Source: Chrysomallon squamiferum (lineage: Eukaryota; Animalia; Mollusca). Taken from it: 64,000 bases of DNA. The position numbers were made by a program, and so were the translations under genes. The stretch covers positions 13,764,001 to 13,828,000 of the forward strand of contig CM022666.1 in assembly GCA_012295275.1 (NCBI GenBank). Reading direction: 5' to 3'. The notes beneath the pieces are model-generated. The model searched no databases and was not told the DNA's origin. It worked only from the letters and a program-made list of their open reading frames with translations. Positions 27,766 to 42,539 of the stretch are shown in pieces; positions within the stretch are counted from its first letter, which is position 1; each line of letters opens with the position of its first letter.

Positions 27766-29325
27766 ACAGTTGTGGTGATTGTAGTAACACAAATAATAAT
27801 GATTATGATGATAATGATAATAACATAATAGTGATGATGATACCGATAACAGTAATAATGATAACACTGACAATAATGATAAAATAATGATGTTGAGAAG
27901 AAGACGACAGTAATGATGATAACAATAATTTAAAAGAATATATCACCAAACAGAAATAAATACATAAATAAGAAAATAAATAGATAAAAATAGACGATGC
28001 ATGCAGAAAGGTAACAAAATTATGTCACTGTTATATATTTGAAAACAATATTCTTTTCGCCTGTTGCTTTTTTATTATCAGTCTTCGTGCAGATTAAATT
28101 AAGTCACAGAACTAATAGTAATAAAACGCTGTTTACGTATTTTCTAATCCGTATTTCGTGATATTTTACTGGTTCTAAAATTCAGTTTTTGAACTTGCCT
28201 GACTGTTGAACGTGCGTGTATCGCAACAATTGAAAGACACTGTCAGTATTTTTCAATATTTCATTTAGAGAAGTTTGGTATAAAACAAATGGACTGGAAT
28301 ATTTTTAAATGCTTTCAGCTGAAGTAGTAATCGAGTGCTTGCCTTCTGTGAATGACCGAGTTTGTTTTACGTTTTGAAATATTTTACGAGGGTCTTCAAA
28401 GAGTTGTGTAGAAAATAGTATAGCGTTTCAGCCAATAAGATTAAGCAGAAATAGTTAGTAATAATAAAAAAAAAAAATCAACCAAACACACATTCTCTTC
28501 TCGTTCCAAAAAGAAATAAATAACTAAAACAATAACATTTTTTTTTTTTTTAAAAAGACAGGAAAACAAATAAAGCTTATTATTTTTGAAATCATCTGCT
28601 TTTCTATGCAAGAAAATGTTTTACTCTCACGTCAGAAATGACTTTGTACGGAGATTGCCGAACGCAAAATCGTCAGATAAGATTATCCTGGCAACTAGTG
28701 TTTATTATACAATGTGATGAATTTTGGTGATTAAATTTAATAATAATTATGCTTCACTGTATTTTGTTGTTTTCATTCGTTGTTTATTTCTCATAATTTT
28801 GGTTACAATAAGAAATGTACGAAATCCACATAAAAAAAAAATATATAAAAAATAAAAAATAAAAACAATATTACATTTTCATGCGATCATTAAAAGAACA
28901 AAGTCATTTTTGATGCAGTAACTTTTTTATGTTTCAATTGAAGACCAGTGAACCGTTTAAAAATTATGGGGTTTCAAATGTTTATTGGTTTGTTTGTTCT
29001 CTAAATCTGTGATCGACCTTATAAATTTTTAATTTTTAATTTTTATTATTTTTAGTTTTTTAAATATTCTTTAGTATTTCGTCTTTTCTTTTTCTTTATT
29101 TAAAAGATTTCTAAAACTGTTTTCTTTTTATCCTTTCTTTTCTTACTTGTCTCTCTATCTGTCCATCTCTTTATTTGTTTGTCTATCTGTGTCTGTCTAT
29201 ATATCTGTCTTTGTCTGTTTGTATGTCTGTCTGTCTGTCTCTTTGTATCTCTGTCTCTCTCTTTATCTATCTATCTATCTATCTATTTATCTAAAGAATA
29301 CGTGAAACCAATAAATAAGTGGAGA

Positions 29326-29403
<78 letters not shown>

Positions 29404-29872
29404 AAATCAAAAATTCTAGTTTGGATTAGTAATAGTAATCGAATTCACTGTTGTGGTGAAAGAGATATTCAGATTTGTTTTATTATGGTAATGATTGTAA
29501 CGTTTATTTGGTTAGATTCACAGTACACCTAGTAGAATAAGTCACAGTACCCACAGTTCTATTCATTTACCTAATATAAAGTTATATCAGTAAACATAAT
29601 CGTAATAAAGTTAGTAGGAATAAAAGTACAAATGTTAGTAGTAATAGTAGTAGGAATGTAATAACAGTTGTAGCAGTAGTAATAGTAATAGCTGTAGTGG
29701 TAATAGTAGGAGTAATAGTAGTAGTAGATATATAGTAGGGGTAGTAGTAGTAATAGTAACAGAGGTTATAACAATCGGATAACAGCTACACTCTGAAATT
29801 ATTTTTTGATTACTTCTTTAAAAGTATAGCGAATCTTTAACTCTTACATGACGATATCTATATCTATATCTA

Positions 29873-29931
<59 letters not shown>

Positions 29932-30782
29932 ATATATATATATTATTTTTTTAGTTTTTGGATAGTATTAGTTTAACAGTTTTCTAATAAGGAAAATCGA
30001 GTGGTGAAATAAATAAATCACAAATAAACAATGATGAAAGTTTTTGACTATTTCTTTGAAAATATTTTCTTGTAAGACATTCTTATTTACAACGTGTACT
30101 AAAATAAAGATTAAAACCACAAACCATAAATAAATTCTGATTCAGACAATTTTAAAAGAATTCAAAAACAAATTGATCTGTAAAATGTCTCAGTAAGACA
30201 AAACAACAAAAAAAAAAAGTTAAAAAAAAAAAAAAAAACAAAACAAAAATAAATTATCTTCGAAGAATGTTAAAACTTAATAATAATAATACTTACGTAT
30301 CAGTTGAAAATAAAACAGACGAAAAATCTTAAATAAAATTTTCTTCAAAAAGCGGCAGAAGTTGTCACAAGCAAACCCCAGAGAGGATGGTTTTTGAATC
30401 AAAGTCTCACGTCTGCAGTTTTCATCAATACCACAGCAGCAGTCAATCAACCCCTCAAAGCCATTCACCAATCCCAGTTATCGACTCAACGTCGATTCCG
30501 ATTGGCCAATCAGAGCAGGTATGATGTTCACATACTGGGGGGCGTCGACCAATTATAATCCTTGTTAGAGATACACTCATCGTTTAATGAAGTCTGAGCT
30601 CCGTCGTTGGCGGACGGATTTCGAGCATGTGATTTGAAATTAGGTAAAGATCGATGGATTTACCTTGCGTCTTGTATCGACGCGTGATTAATTGATATTC
30701 TGAGCGGACGGAGGGTGTGGTGTAAGTCTGATAACAATTAGAGTCGATTTAATAAAGTAAAGAAAGTAATTTTCACATCCAG

Positions 30783-30857
<75 letters not shown>

Positions 30858-31735
30858 GAGAGACAGACAGGCAGACAAAAAGTCAGACAGACATATAAAC
30901 ATACATACATACGGACAGACAAATATACATATATGGACATACATGCATATATACATGTATATAAATATATATACATACACACATACTTATAAACTTATGC
31001 ATACATACGTATGTACATACATACATACATACGTACAAACATAAATAACAATAAAACAGTAACACTAATAATTACTACAAATATTACAACAATTACTTCT
31101 ATAGTAACAACATCAACAACTACATACAACTTTAAAATTTTAAAAATTATTGCTATTTTCAATATTTACGCTAATTCTAATAAAATGCACGAAAAACAAC
31201 AAAACTGAAACGTGGAAATTTGCAACAAAGCATGAATGTCCAAAACATAAATATGAGGACAAACCAAGAACTCCAATCATTTAAAAACTACAAACAGGAG
31301 AGCTGCAACTTCAACCAAATAATTAAAAAATTAAACAAAACAACAAAGGCAAGCCGCCCCCCAACAAAGATATCCCAGAAAAACAAACAAACAACAACAA
31401 CAACAAAAATCCTAAACAACTAAAAACAAAAAACAACAACAAATATGAAAGCCAACCAAATAGCAACGTGAAGCCAAAATGACACGAATGAAAAAAGCAT
31501 GAATGCAGATCATCATTGAAACAACCAAAATCTAAAAGTCAAAAACTCTACCAACAGAAAAATAAAGACACACCACAAAACAAAACAACAAACTCCAACC
31601 AAACCAGAAACAAGAAACAAGTTGGAGAAAAAATCTTTGCTAGGCAGTGGTCAAAACTGTGAAAACCAGAAGCGTCAAAAACAAGAGAACCAAAATTCAG
31701 AGCAAAGAAAAAGAAATTTAAAATAATCTATTCAA

Positions 31736-31782
<47 letters not shown>

Positions 31783-32014
31783 ACAAATAAAACAAACAAA
31801 CAAACAAATAAAATGCCACGAAAGAACAGAGAAAAAGGTAAAAGTTCAAAAACCCCGAAAACTAAACTCGAAGAAAAAAAAACTCTCAGATGTTAAACTG
31901 GACTCCTTTTTCTTTTTTTTCTACAGTTCATCGACTTCGGCTACAGCAAGCAACGTTTAACACTTGATCGGCTCAAAATCTTTATTTTCGTTGAGCTGAA
32001 GGTGGGCGTAAGAA

Positions 32015-32052
<38 letters not shown>

Positions 32053-32213
32053 TATCATTTACTCCTGTTTCGCCAGGAGGCTGCCTTGGTAATTTTTCTG
32101 CAGCATGTTGTGATGGTTGAATCTGCAGAATGACTGTAATTCAGGATAATAACATTAACAGGTGCTAGAAAGAATTTACTAATAAAGCAGGGAAGAAGAC
32201 GAGCTGATATAGT

Positions 32214-32256
32214 GGGGTGGGGGTGGGTGGGGGTGGGGGTGGGCGAGGAGGGTGGG
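32214..32256 (+). other. G-quadruplex-forming tract
   Basis: ggggtgggggtgggtgggggtgggggtgggcgaggagggtggg contains eight runs of at least 3 G, mostly with 1-nt loops. Confidence 0.7.
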
Positions 32257-32365
32257 CGTTTTTTTTTATGATTCCGAATTTATTTCAGTAGTAAAGTAGC
32301 AGTTATAAATATTTGTTGGTTAGAAAATAATAATTAGACAGAATGTTTTTGCGTGCGCAGGTGTT

Positions 32366-32410
<45 letters not shown>

Positions 32411-34578
32411 CTGTCTGTCTGTCTGTCAGTCTTACTTGTGCGTGTTTACCTGCCTATTTGTCATATAAAATATAAATATGATGGTACAAATAAAAAGTCA
32501 CCCTTTATTTATTTTCTTTAATTGCATTGGTTTCGCTCGGCAACCAACCTTTATTAATAATAAAGTAACGAACTCAGCGAGATAGTATTATTACACAGAC
32601 TGCCATTTTCCATTCTTTCTAATCAGAACATGGATAATGGCATTTCCTTCTTTAATTTACACATCTTTACGAATCCATTAATCAATAAATATTTATAAAC
32701 TGTATCTGACTGCCTTAATTATAATTGATAAACAAAGTTATTTACGAACACTGTTGTCTTGGTTTCATCGTTCATTGTTTTTGCTTTTCAACATTAGACA
32801 ACTGATATACTGACGTAAAAAAAAAAAAAAAAAATAAAATAAAATAAAATAAAAAAAATATTCTTTGTTGCCACTACCAGATACGTGTTTCAGTAATTCT
32901 CTAAACAGAAATCTGGTGTATAAATCACTCGTAGATTTGACATAGTTTGTAACAGTGATAACATTCAGGTTTGTTGCATCATAAATCATAGCTATTCACA
33001 CTGTGTATGGCACGAAGCAAAACATTGTTTAACGTAATGTCTTTTGTTTAAACTCTAGAAGAAAAGATTCGTTCCTGACTATATCACTGATATTTACTCC
33101 TGAATCTTTCCATTTCATTTACCTTTTTTTTTTTTTTTTGTACAAAACAAACATATGCACCATGTGTCATGTTTAAGTTAGTAACTCTAAGCATAGGCAG
33201 TCGAAACATCTTTATCAAGGTTCCAGGATCTCTAACGATACAAAAAAATCACCATTGATACAGATGACACCTATGTAAAATAACATAATTGTACTAAACT
33301 TAAAACTCCATAGAGACGTTTTGCTAAAACCACTGCTAACAACCACGTAAAATCATACTAACTATAGTATTCCAGTATACTGTATGACCTCATTAACACT
33401 AGAATGTACTCCACAATCATTTTTCCTAAAAGTACTTTCGAACACTGATTGATCAAAATCCAAAATCCATTAAAAAGACTGTAGGACGATATACATTCTT
33501 TATAGGTAGCTATTTTCTTATTACTACTACTACTGCTACTACTACTACTACTACTACTACTACAAATATTACAACTACAACACTGCGACTAATACTAGTT
33601 ACTGCTTCTGTTTTTACTACTACTACTACACCTACTGCTATTTCTACTCTACTACCTCTACTAATATTTAGTTTTATCCACGTGTATTTTTTTTTTTTTA
33701 CATTCATGTTAGTTACCCCCTGTTTACACAGACACTGATGCCTGTCCTAGTTTAACGGTTTGCTAAAGGGCTGCGGATCTCTGAATCAATGTCCCCTGTA
33801 CTTACTACACCATCTCTGAATTTTTCACGAGGATAATTTCTAAACGTGACGGTGACATTAGTAAAGCGTACGTCGCATCGATTCACGAGAAGCAATAATC
33901 GCTTTTTCTTCATATTAACAGAAGTAGGGTAGCCCTGTAATACAGTCGTATTTAAATATAATCAGGCAACGTGGTGAGTACCAAGCGATCTGTACGTAGC
34001 CATGAATTAGTTATGCGTAACACGCAAAAACGTACAAAGCTGTATAAGCGGTGTATCAAATGGTAACACGCAAGAAGATTAATGTAATCTGATTTTGAAA
34101 GAAAAATAATTATATTAAGCCGCACTTGTCATGATTACTTTTTCACTTTCTTACGTTTGTTCATTTATTTATTTATCTCGTTCGATCATATAGTCATTTT
34201 TTTTTCTTTCAGTACTTCTAATGGGCGTTTCTTTGTTTCTTCGTGTTTTTTTTTCTTCCTTCATTGTTTTTCTTTCTTTATTTTTCGTTTTTTTAAATGT
34301 GTTTATTAATTTATTTATTAACGATATTTATATATTCAATTATAAACTTGTATATTATTTATCTTGCTAATTCTGCATCGTTTATTTTTTTCTTGTTGTC
34401 TGTATCATATTCTGTTTTGTAATACGTTTTGCTTAAAATAATAAAAAAAACCCCAGATATACAGAGAGTTAGATATGGACACATATATATAGATATTTAG
34501 ATAGATAGACAGATATATATAGATATATTTAGATAGATAGATAAAGAGAGAGAGAAGTATAGAGAGAGAGATATAGAG

Positions 34579-34717
<139 letters not shown>

Positions 34718-35155
34718 TACAGATAGACAAGGATTAGTACCAGACTCTATACTAAAATATTTTTCTTGATTTAAATATCAGATAACAGTCACACCCACCA
34801 GTCCGACCAAACTATTTATAAAAAGATAATTGAAAACTGGACCCTAACCGCGCGGTCAGTTCGTCCCGTTGACCAGAGGCTCTCGAATGTCAGCGACATG
34901 CAATTTATTGCAAAATTTCCTCGTTTCCATAATGAAACATTTAGTCTGATATAATTAACATTCTCCCTGACAACAGATTATATAAAGAGAATCTAAACTT
35001 GTAAGTAGGTGTTGTGTTACTTTGGGAGTAAGTGAATAAATGATGACTAAATTGATTAAATGATGAATATTAGCGAGACGGCAGCTCAGAAACAAGGGAC
35101 AGGTTTAGTATGGACGCGAAGTCTTCACTGAATGTAGAAATGTAGAGACGACCAT

Positions 35156-35244
<89 letters not shown>

Positions 35245-35569
35245 AAGCGAGTTTAAAAGAGATGAATATTGGTATGAAGAAACAACAAAAAAAAACGAAC
35301 AAAAAAACCGTGATGAATACGAAGAAGAAGTTGAAGATGAAAGAAAAATATGTATAAAAAAATAAATTAAATTTAAAAAGAAGAAAAAGAAGAAAATTGA
35401 ACAAAAAGAAAGTTAAAGAAGGAATAAGGAAAAAGATGAAGATATATCAATAAATAAATAAATAATGTGAGTAATAGTAGTAGCAGTATTATTATTAGTA
35501 GTAATAGTTATAACAACCACAATACTAATAATAACAACAGCAACAAGAAAAACAAACACAAAGACGACA

Positions 35570-35600
<31 letters not shown>

Positions 35601-36201
35601 GAAGAAGAAGAAGAAGAAGAAGATAAGAGGGATAATAACTGAAGATTAGTTATACGGAAAAGGACACAGAAATCATTAAAAATAAACAAATGTTCATTTC
35701 TGTTACGTGACCTACTTTACGAATGATGTCGAATTTGCTGTCGACGTTTGTACAGATCGAAGGAAAGGACTTAGTGAAAAATCCATCCAGTGTTTGTTTA
35801 ATAACATCTTAACACATACAAGCTATTGATTAGTATCGGATTAAAAATAAGTAAATTAAATTAAAGAGAAAGAAGCAGGAAGGAAAAGGATTTACTCGAA
35901 CTACGAGAATAATGACAACAAAAAAAGAATAATTGCGATAAACAAGTGCTTATCTGTTACTTATATTCATACGCGTTGCGAACACAAAGACACGTACACA
36001 CATACACACACAACGTATCGCGAAGTATGTGTGTGTGTGTGTGTGCATACGTGTATGTATGTATACATTTATGTGTATCTGTATATATGTAAGTACGTAT
36101 GCATTCATCAAAAAATTTAAAAAACAACAACAAAAAACAAACAAAAAAACAAACAAAAAAAACACAAAAAATAAAAATAAAATAAAAATAAATAAAAATA
36201 A

Positions 36202-36238
<37 letters not shown>

Positions 36239-36978
36239 TATAATAATAATAAAAATAATAAAATAAATAACAGAAAGAAAATAAAAGTAAATAAACAAAA
36301 TAAATTAAAATAATATAAATAAATAAATAAAACATAACAAAATATAATAAAATTCAATAAAATAAAATAATATAAATAAATAAACTAAAATAAAACAAAA
36401 CAAAACAAAACAAAATAAATAAATAAATAAATAAACAAAACAAAACAAAACAAAATAAATAAATAAATAAATAAACAAAACAAAACAAAACAAAATAAAT
36501 AAACAATTAAAAAACTACATTTCTGGATCACTAATTCATAAAAAAAGATCTCAACTGACATTTCACATCACTAAAATGAAAACGTTGCGCCTCGTTCTGA
36601 ATCCACATCACAACGTTTATTCAACAACTATTGAACGGCGAACATTCGGTTATTAAAACTTCTCATCTCAAGTATTTGCCACGAAACCTGACGCAAACTT
36701 ATTGAAAACCATGAAAAGTAATTTTATATGGAGTAAATCGGACCAATATCAGGGTTCCTTTGACGAGAATCGATCCGGCGGCCTCCGTGCTGGCTCAAGT
36801 ACAACTTGCGTTTCACTAAGTGGATGTGGATAAGCTTATTTCTAGGGCGGGACAAATATAAACAGTTTAATAAACACCACGGGGGTGGGGTTCTGTGATG
36901 AGTTTTGAGAAACATTAATTCTGAGAAATTTTCCTTTTCAAAGAATAATATATGGTCTCTGTCTATCTGTCTGTCTGC

Positions 36979-37057
<79 letters not shown>

Positions 37058-37611
37058 ACTATCTATGTATGTATGTATGTATGTATGTTGTACGTACGTA
37101 TGTACGTTCGTATTTATGTATGTACGTATTTATCTCTCTCTCTGTCAAAAAACCACATATCAACAATATACAGAAAAACAAACAAACACACACATACATA
37201 CACATACACACACACATATATAGGTAGATGTAGAGGTTTTGTTCCAGATTCACGATAATCCAAGGTCGGATGTATTATAGATTATATCATACTTCAAATT
37301 AAATCAATTATCTGGATAGATCCGATAACATCGAATCCTCTTCCTGAACAAGAGAACCTTCAAGTCTGGGAAAGAGTCAAAATCACTATAAGATTAGCCA
37401 GAATTAGTCTTCTGCTCTCAAAGTTCAGACGTGTAATGTGTTCCTGTGTCTGGTAGCTAATACGTAAGGTATTAACTATTTAAAGCACGTTAAAACAGTT
37501 CTCTTCGTTGCTGTTTCCATGTTAAACTACTGGAACTACTGCTCATTGATTCTTCATAGAGTATCGATAGATATCAAGATTAGCAGTCTCATTAAAAAGC
37601 TTGAGGACTTT

Positions 37612-37717
<106 letters not shown>

Positions 37718-37772
37718 GTCTCTCTCTCTGTCTCTCTCTCTCTCTCTACGAGTAGAAATCTCTCTCTGTCTG

Positions 37773-37856
<84 letters not shown>

Positions 37857-38034
37857 GTATGCTGTCTCAGTCACGATAGAATATGCTGTCACAACACAGT
37901 CATAATCGTGATTGTAGTAGCAGTACCAACCGTAGTAGTAGTAATAGTTGTAGTAGTATTTATAGTGATGATAATAATAATAATAATATAATAGTAACAA
38001 AAATAACAACAACAGTAATAATAACAATGATGAC

Positions 38035-38075
<41 letters not shown>

Positions 38076-38146
38076 GACGAAGAAGAAGAAGAAGAAGAAG
38101 AAGAAGAAGAAGAAGAGAAGTTGTAATGATGGTGGTAGTGGTAGTG

Positions 38147-38177
<31 letters not shown>

Positions 38178-38664
38178 AGCAGAACAGAAATACTTTGTTT
38201 TTCTGAAGTAGATGACATAACAATTGAAAGACCTAGAAAACCGTTGTTCATGTCACAGCCATTGTATTGACACTAGCCTGACGTTAACAAGTGTAGATAT
38301 AATTGATTATTTGTTATGCAATATCCTTGTTTTTCTTCCACTGCGTTAAACATTTGTTAATCCAAGGATACACGAGATTTCTTTCAATAGTGCGTCATCA
38401 GTTGTTTTTTCATTTCGTTTTCGTTTTCGCGGAGTGATTCATCAGTTTTGAGTAGAAAATAAACAATTGTTCAACGTAGTTGGAATTAACTGGTAACAGA
38501 GAGAGCGCAACGTGAAAGTAAAACTGATTTTATTTAATATTGATTTCATTTGTCTGTTTAACAGAGAAAATTAAACTGAATTTAGGTAACATAGTCAAAA
38601 TATTTGTAGACTAAATGTACATACAGATACTCACGTAGCTATTACGTATATAGATAATTATATA

Positions 38665-39366
38665 CATGTTTATGTACTTGACTTACGAGTGCACCAACTT
38701 ACGATTTTTCCCCCCCCAGTCAATTTTTGCTTTGAGTTGCGAGCCAAAATTCGAGTTACGAGCAACAGTCAGATTAGCCGCGGGTAGTTGGCGCAACGAA
38801 CAACACAACATCCGGCCAGCATCTTCGTCTCAGTCGTTTACTTCTCGTGGTTACCTCACCGCGGAATCGTCTGTGTTGTGTGGTGCTCGGGTTTTGTGCA
38901 GTATTTGGCCAATTTCATCCTAAGAAAGTGAGTGAAAAGGACAGTGCTGAGAAGAAGAAGCGGATGATGTCCATTGAATTAAAGCTTGAATTCACAGAAA
39001 TACATGAGCGAGGTGTGCATGTAGTCGACTTGGCTAGGCAGTACGAGTGTAGTACCATACTGAAGCTGAAGGAGTCGATAAAGGCTGTAACTCCAACCAA
39101 AGGCGTTAAAATAATTTGTTTGATCTCCAAGATAAATACACTTTACAAAACCAGTTTATTTCTTTACATTCTCTTTTATTTTTTTTGCCATTTATAAATA
39201 CATTTTTTAAAATAAAAAAACACGTTACATGGTTTTGTATGGGCCCGAACGGATTAATGTATTTTGAATTAATTTCAGTTGGGAAAACTGATTTGATATA
39301 CGAGCAAATTGAGATATGAGTTTGGTTACGGAACGAATTAAAAACACAAAAGTCAAGGTACCGCTG
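38665..39366 (+). mobile_element. Tigger/pogo-family DNA transposon, internally deleted, retaining the N-terminal CENP-B/psq-type HTH of the transposase
   Basis: The right end is AAGTCAAGGTACCGCTG|TA and the damaged left end is ...GTACTTGACTTACGAG. Frame 38847-39197 contains PKKVSEKDSAEKKKRMMSIELKLE...HERGVHVVDLARQY...TILKLKESIK, typical of a Tigger transposase N-terminus. No DDE domain is present. Confidence 0.85.
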
Positions 39367-39660
39367 TATATATATAAATTCTGAAGGTTTTACTAATATT
39401 TGTGCATCATACAAAATTATCTTTGCAAGTAAAAATGTAATTGCACCTCAGATCGCTAATTTCCGCTAACCAGTTGGACAAGGTTTGCTAGGACAGAAGA
39501 GGAGAGAAATGACTAATTAGAAACGCTATGCTCACAGCATCCTTGCATCTTGTCCAAACTACGAATTCTGAAATCTGCTGTTTCGTACGTTAAATATTTA
39601 AATAATTGATGTTATTATGACTGCATCAGCTATGCATAATAAAGATTAGACGAAAGGTAC

Positions 39661-40060
39661 ATAGCAAAATGTTTGATTTCTGTCAACAAAACGTGACGTC
39701 ATGATAACAATATTAAGAAGAAAAAAAAATGCCTGCCTTCATTTCAGCTATTAAAAAGTAACTTGAAATGTGTATAGTAATACATTTGATTTATATCAAC
39801 TACATGACGTCATTAATAATACAGTAATAAGAAAGGAAAATGGCTGCTCCTATGTTACAGCTATGAACAATGAAGACTACCTGAAATGTAAATAGTAAAA
39901 TGTTCGATTTATTTAAATTACGTGACGTCATGAAGACAGTATTAGGAACAGAATGTGGCTGAGTTCATTTTGACGATAGAGAATGAAGATGATTTTAAAT
40001 ATACGTAAATGATGTTAATTATGTGACGTATTAAATAAAAAAAAAGGAATATGGATGGCC
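39661..40060. repeat. Diverged ~110-120 bp tandem repeat (about 3.5 units), each with a CRE core
   Basis: Units read atag[ct]aaaatgtt[tc]gattt...TGACGTCAtga...aatggctg...cagctat...tgaaatgt. The CREs are at 39694, 39805 and 39923, with a degenerate TGACGTAT near 40024. Confidence 0.75.
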
Positions 40061-40149
40061 ATAGCGAGACTGGGACCTTGATGTATTAATTTGCTTTGTT
40101 ATTAGCAAAGCTCGTCACATTAAAAAACTAGAACAATGATTATATTTCA

Positions 40150-40196
<47 letters not shown>

Positions 40197-40953
40197 TATA
40201 TGTACTTTTTAAATAATACGGTAATTATTTTTATTTATTTATTTATTATACTAATAATTATTACTATTACTGTTGGTATTATTAATAGTGTTACTTTTAT
40301 TATTTTTCATACTATTACTATTACTACTACTACTACTTCGGCTGCTGCTACTATTATTACTGTTATTATTTTTGTTATTACTGTTGTTGTTGTTGTTACT
40401 GTTATTATTATAACTATTATTATTGCTATTATTATTGATATTATCATCATCATTTTTATTTTTATTAACGCCTATTATTATTATTATTATTATTATTGTT
40501 ATTATTATTATCATTATCATCATCATCACTATCATCATCATTATTTTTAACATGATCGTGATCATGTTGCTTTGTCCGAGGCAATGTTTGTTTTATTTTA
40601 TCAGCTGTTTTATAAAAGTCGATGCTGCAGATTTGCATCCTCCTGAATAAGTCTTATTACTTATCATATTACAAGATAAGTAAGCTCCAAGGTGCTCTCA
40701 TTGACATACGTACAGGGGGGGGTCAGTCCCCCACCCTATTGCAGCTTCGTCACACTGTCATGCAAATCAGAACCGTTTCTGCTAACTACGTTCAGATACG
40801 TCACTACAACTACAACAGTTACAGCTACTACTGCTGCTGTTACTATTACTCCTAATAAATACCAATGCTTACACATACACTCACACACGCATACATATAT
40901 AAGACAAACATACGTACATATATATAGATATAGATAGATAGATAGATAGATAC

Positions 40954-40984
<31 letters not shown>

Positions 40985-41442
40985 TACACAGACAAACATA
41001 CACAGACAGACAGACAGACAGAAGACAAACATACAGACAGACATATAATTACGTATTCTTTTTCTTTACGGTCAGATAAACATGCACCATGGCTTTGACA
41101 TTGTTGCGATGTTAAACCGTTTGAAAGCTAAAACAAAATACGTCTTTCTTTTTCTTGTCATTTTTGTCTAAGTACTGTCACTAGGTGCATTCATACTTCT
41201 GCTTACGTCACAGATTGTTTTATCTATATTTGTTTCCTCGGTTTCTGTAGAAAATCTTTAATGTAGTTTCCTGTGTGTCGCACAGTCTGAACGTATTTCC
41301 TTGATGTTTTTTCCTCTTTTTCCCTTTTTTCATTTTTAATTTGTTTAGTTTTTTTTAGTTTTTTTTATTTCATTTTTATTTGTTATTATTATTATTTGTT
41401 ATTTATTTATTTATTATATTATATATATTAATTTATTTATTA

Positions 41443-41496
<54 letters not shown>

Positions 41497-41578
41497 TATT
41501 ATTATTATTATAATTATTATTATTATTATATTATATTATATTATACTACTACTACTACTACTACTACTCTTAATAATG

Positions 41579-41623
<45 letters not shown>

Positions 41624-42475
41624 TAATTATTATGTTTGTTTTTTTTAGGAAGACGAAAACAAGGATATTCATGAAAAAAAAAAAAAAAAAAAAGAATTTG
41701 AAAAGCTTTTCGAAAAGATTTCATTGCTGGATCTGACGAATCATTTCCTGGGTTTAAGATCAGAGTAAAGGAAGCAAGGACTATGAAACATAATCTCAAA
41801 CGTATAAGTAAAGATAAGAGAAAAAAAAACAATGACAAAAGAAACAAAAGAAAAAGTTAGAAGACAGAAGGAAACACACACATACGGAGAGACACACACA
41901 AGCAAACAAACGAAAAAAAAAACAACAACAAAAAAAACGACAATGCTTTCAACTTTTAATGACATTGTCCTTTTGTCTTCGTACAATGGAGAATAATCGA
42001 TAATTAAAAATGAAAACAGCGGACCCGAGCAACACGATAATTTGTTACTTCAACAAGCAGACGACACTCTCCAGTTCAGACGTGAAAAAAAAAAAAAAAA
42101 AAAAATCGGAAAGATTTTCATTTTTTTGTTTTGTTAATAAAAATTTGTACTTAAGAGCAATTTACAGCACGCACTTAACAAATGCAAGATAATTAGGTAC
42201 AAGAAAGATAGAGAGGAGAAGTAGAAATGAAAAGGTGGAAGTTTTTGTTAAAAGAGGTACGGAATAAAAAAAAAAAAGTCAGTACTAGTACTTGTAAAAG
42301 TGTAGCGAAGTAGTTCTTGACATGAAAAGTAATTAAACAAGAATGTAAGAAATTTACGAATCAATTTTCAATTAATGGCAAAAGAAAGAAGAAGAAGAAA
42401 ATTAGTGAACGATATATTGATTTTAAAAAACCTCGTAAACATTTTGTTTATGTTGCAGATTAGCAGTGTGTATTA

Positions 42476-42513
<38 letters not shown>

Positions 42514-42539
42514 AATAATAAAAAGTACTAATATTAGTA

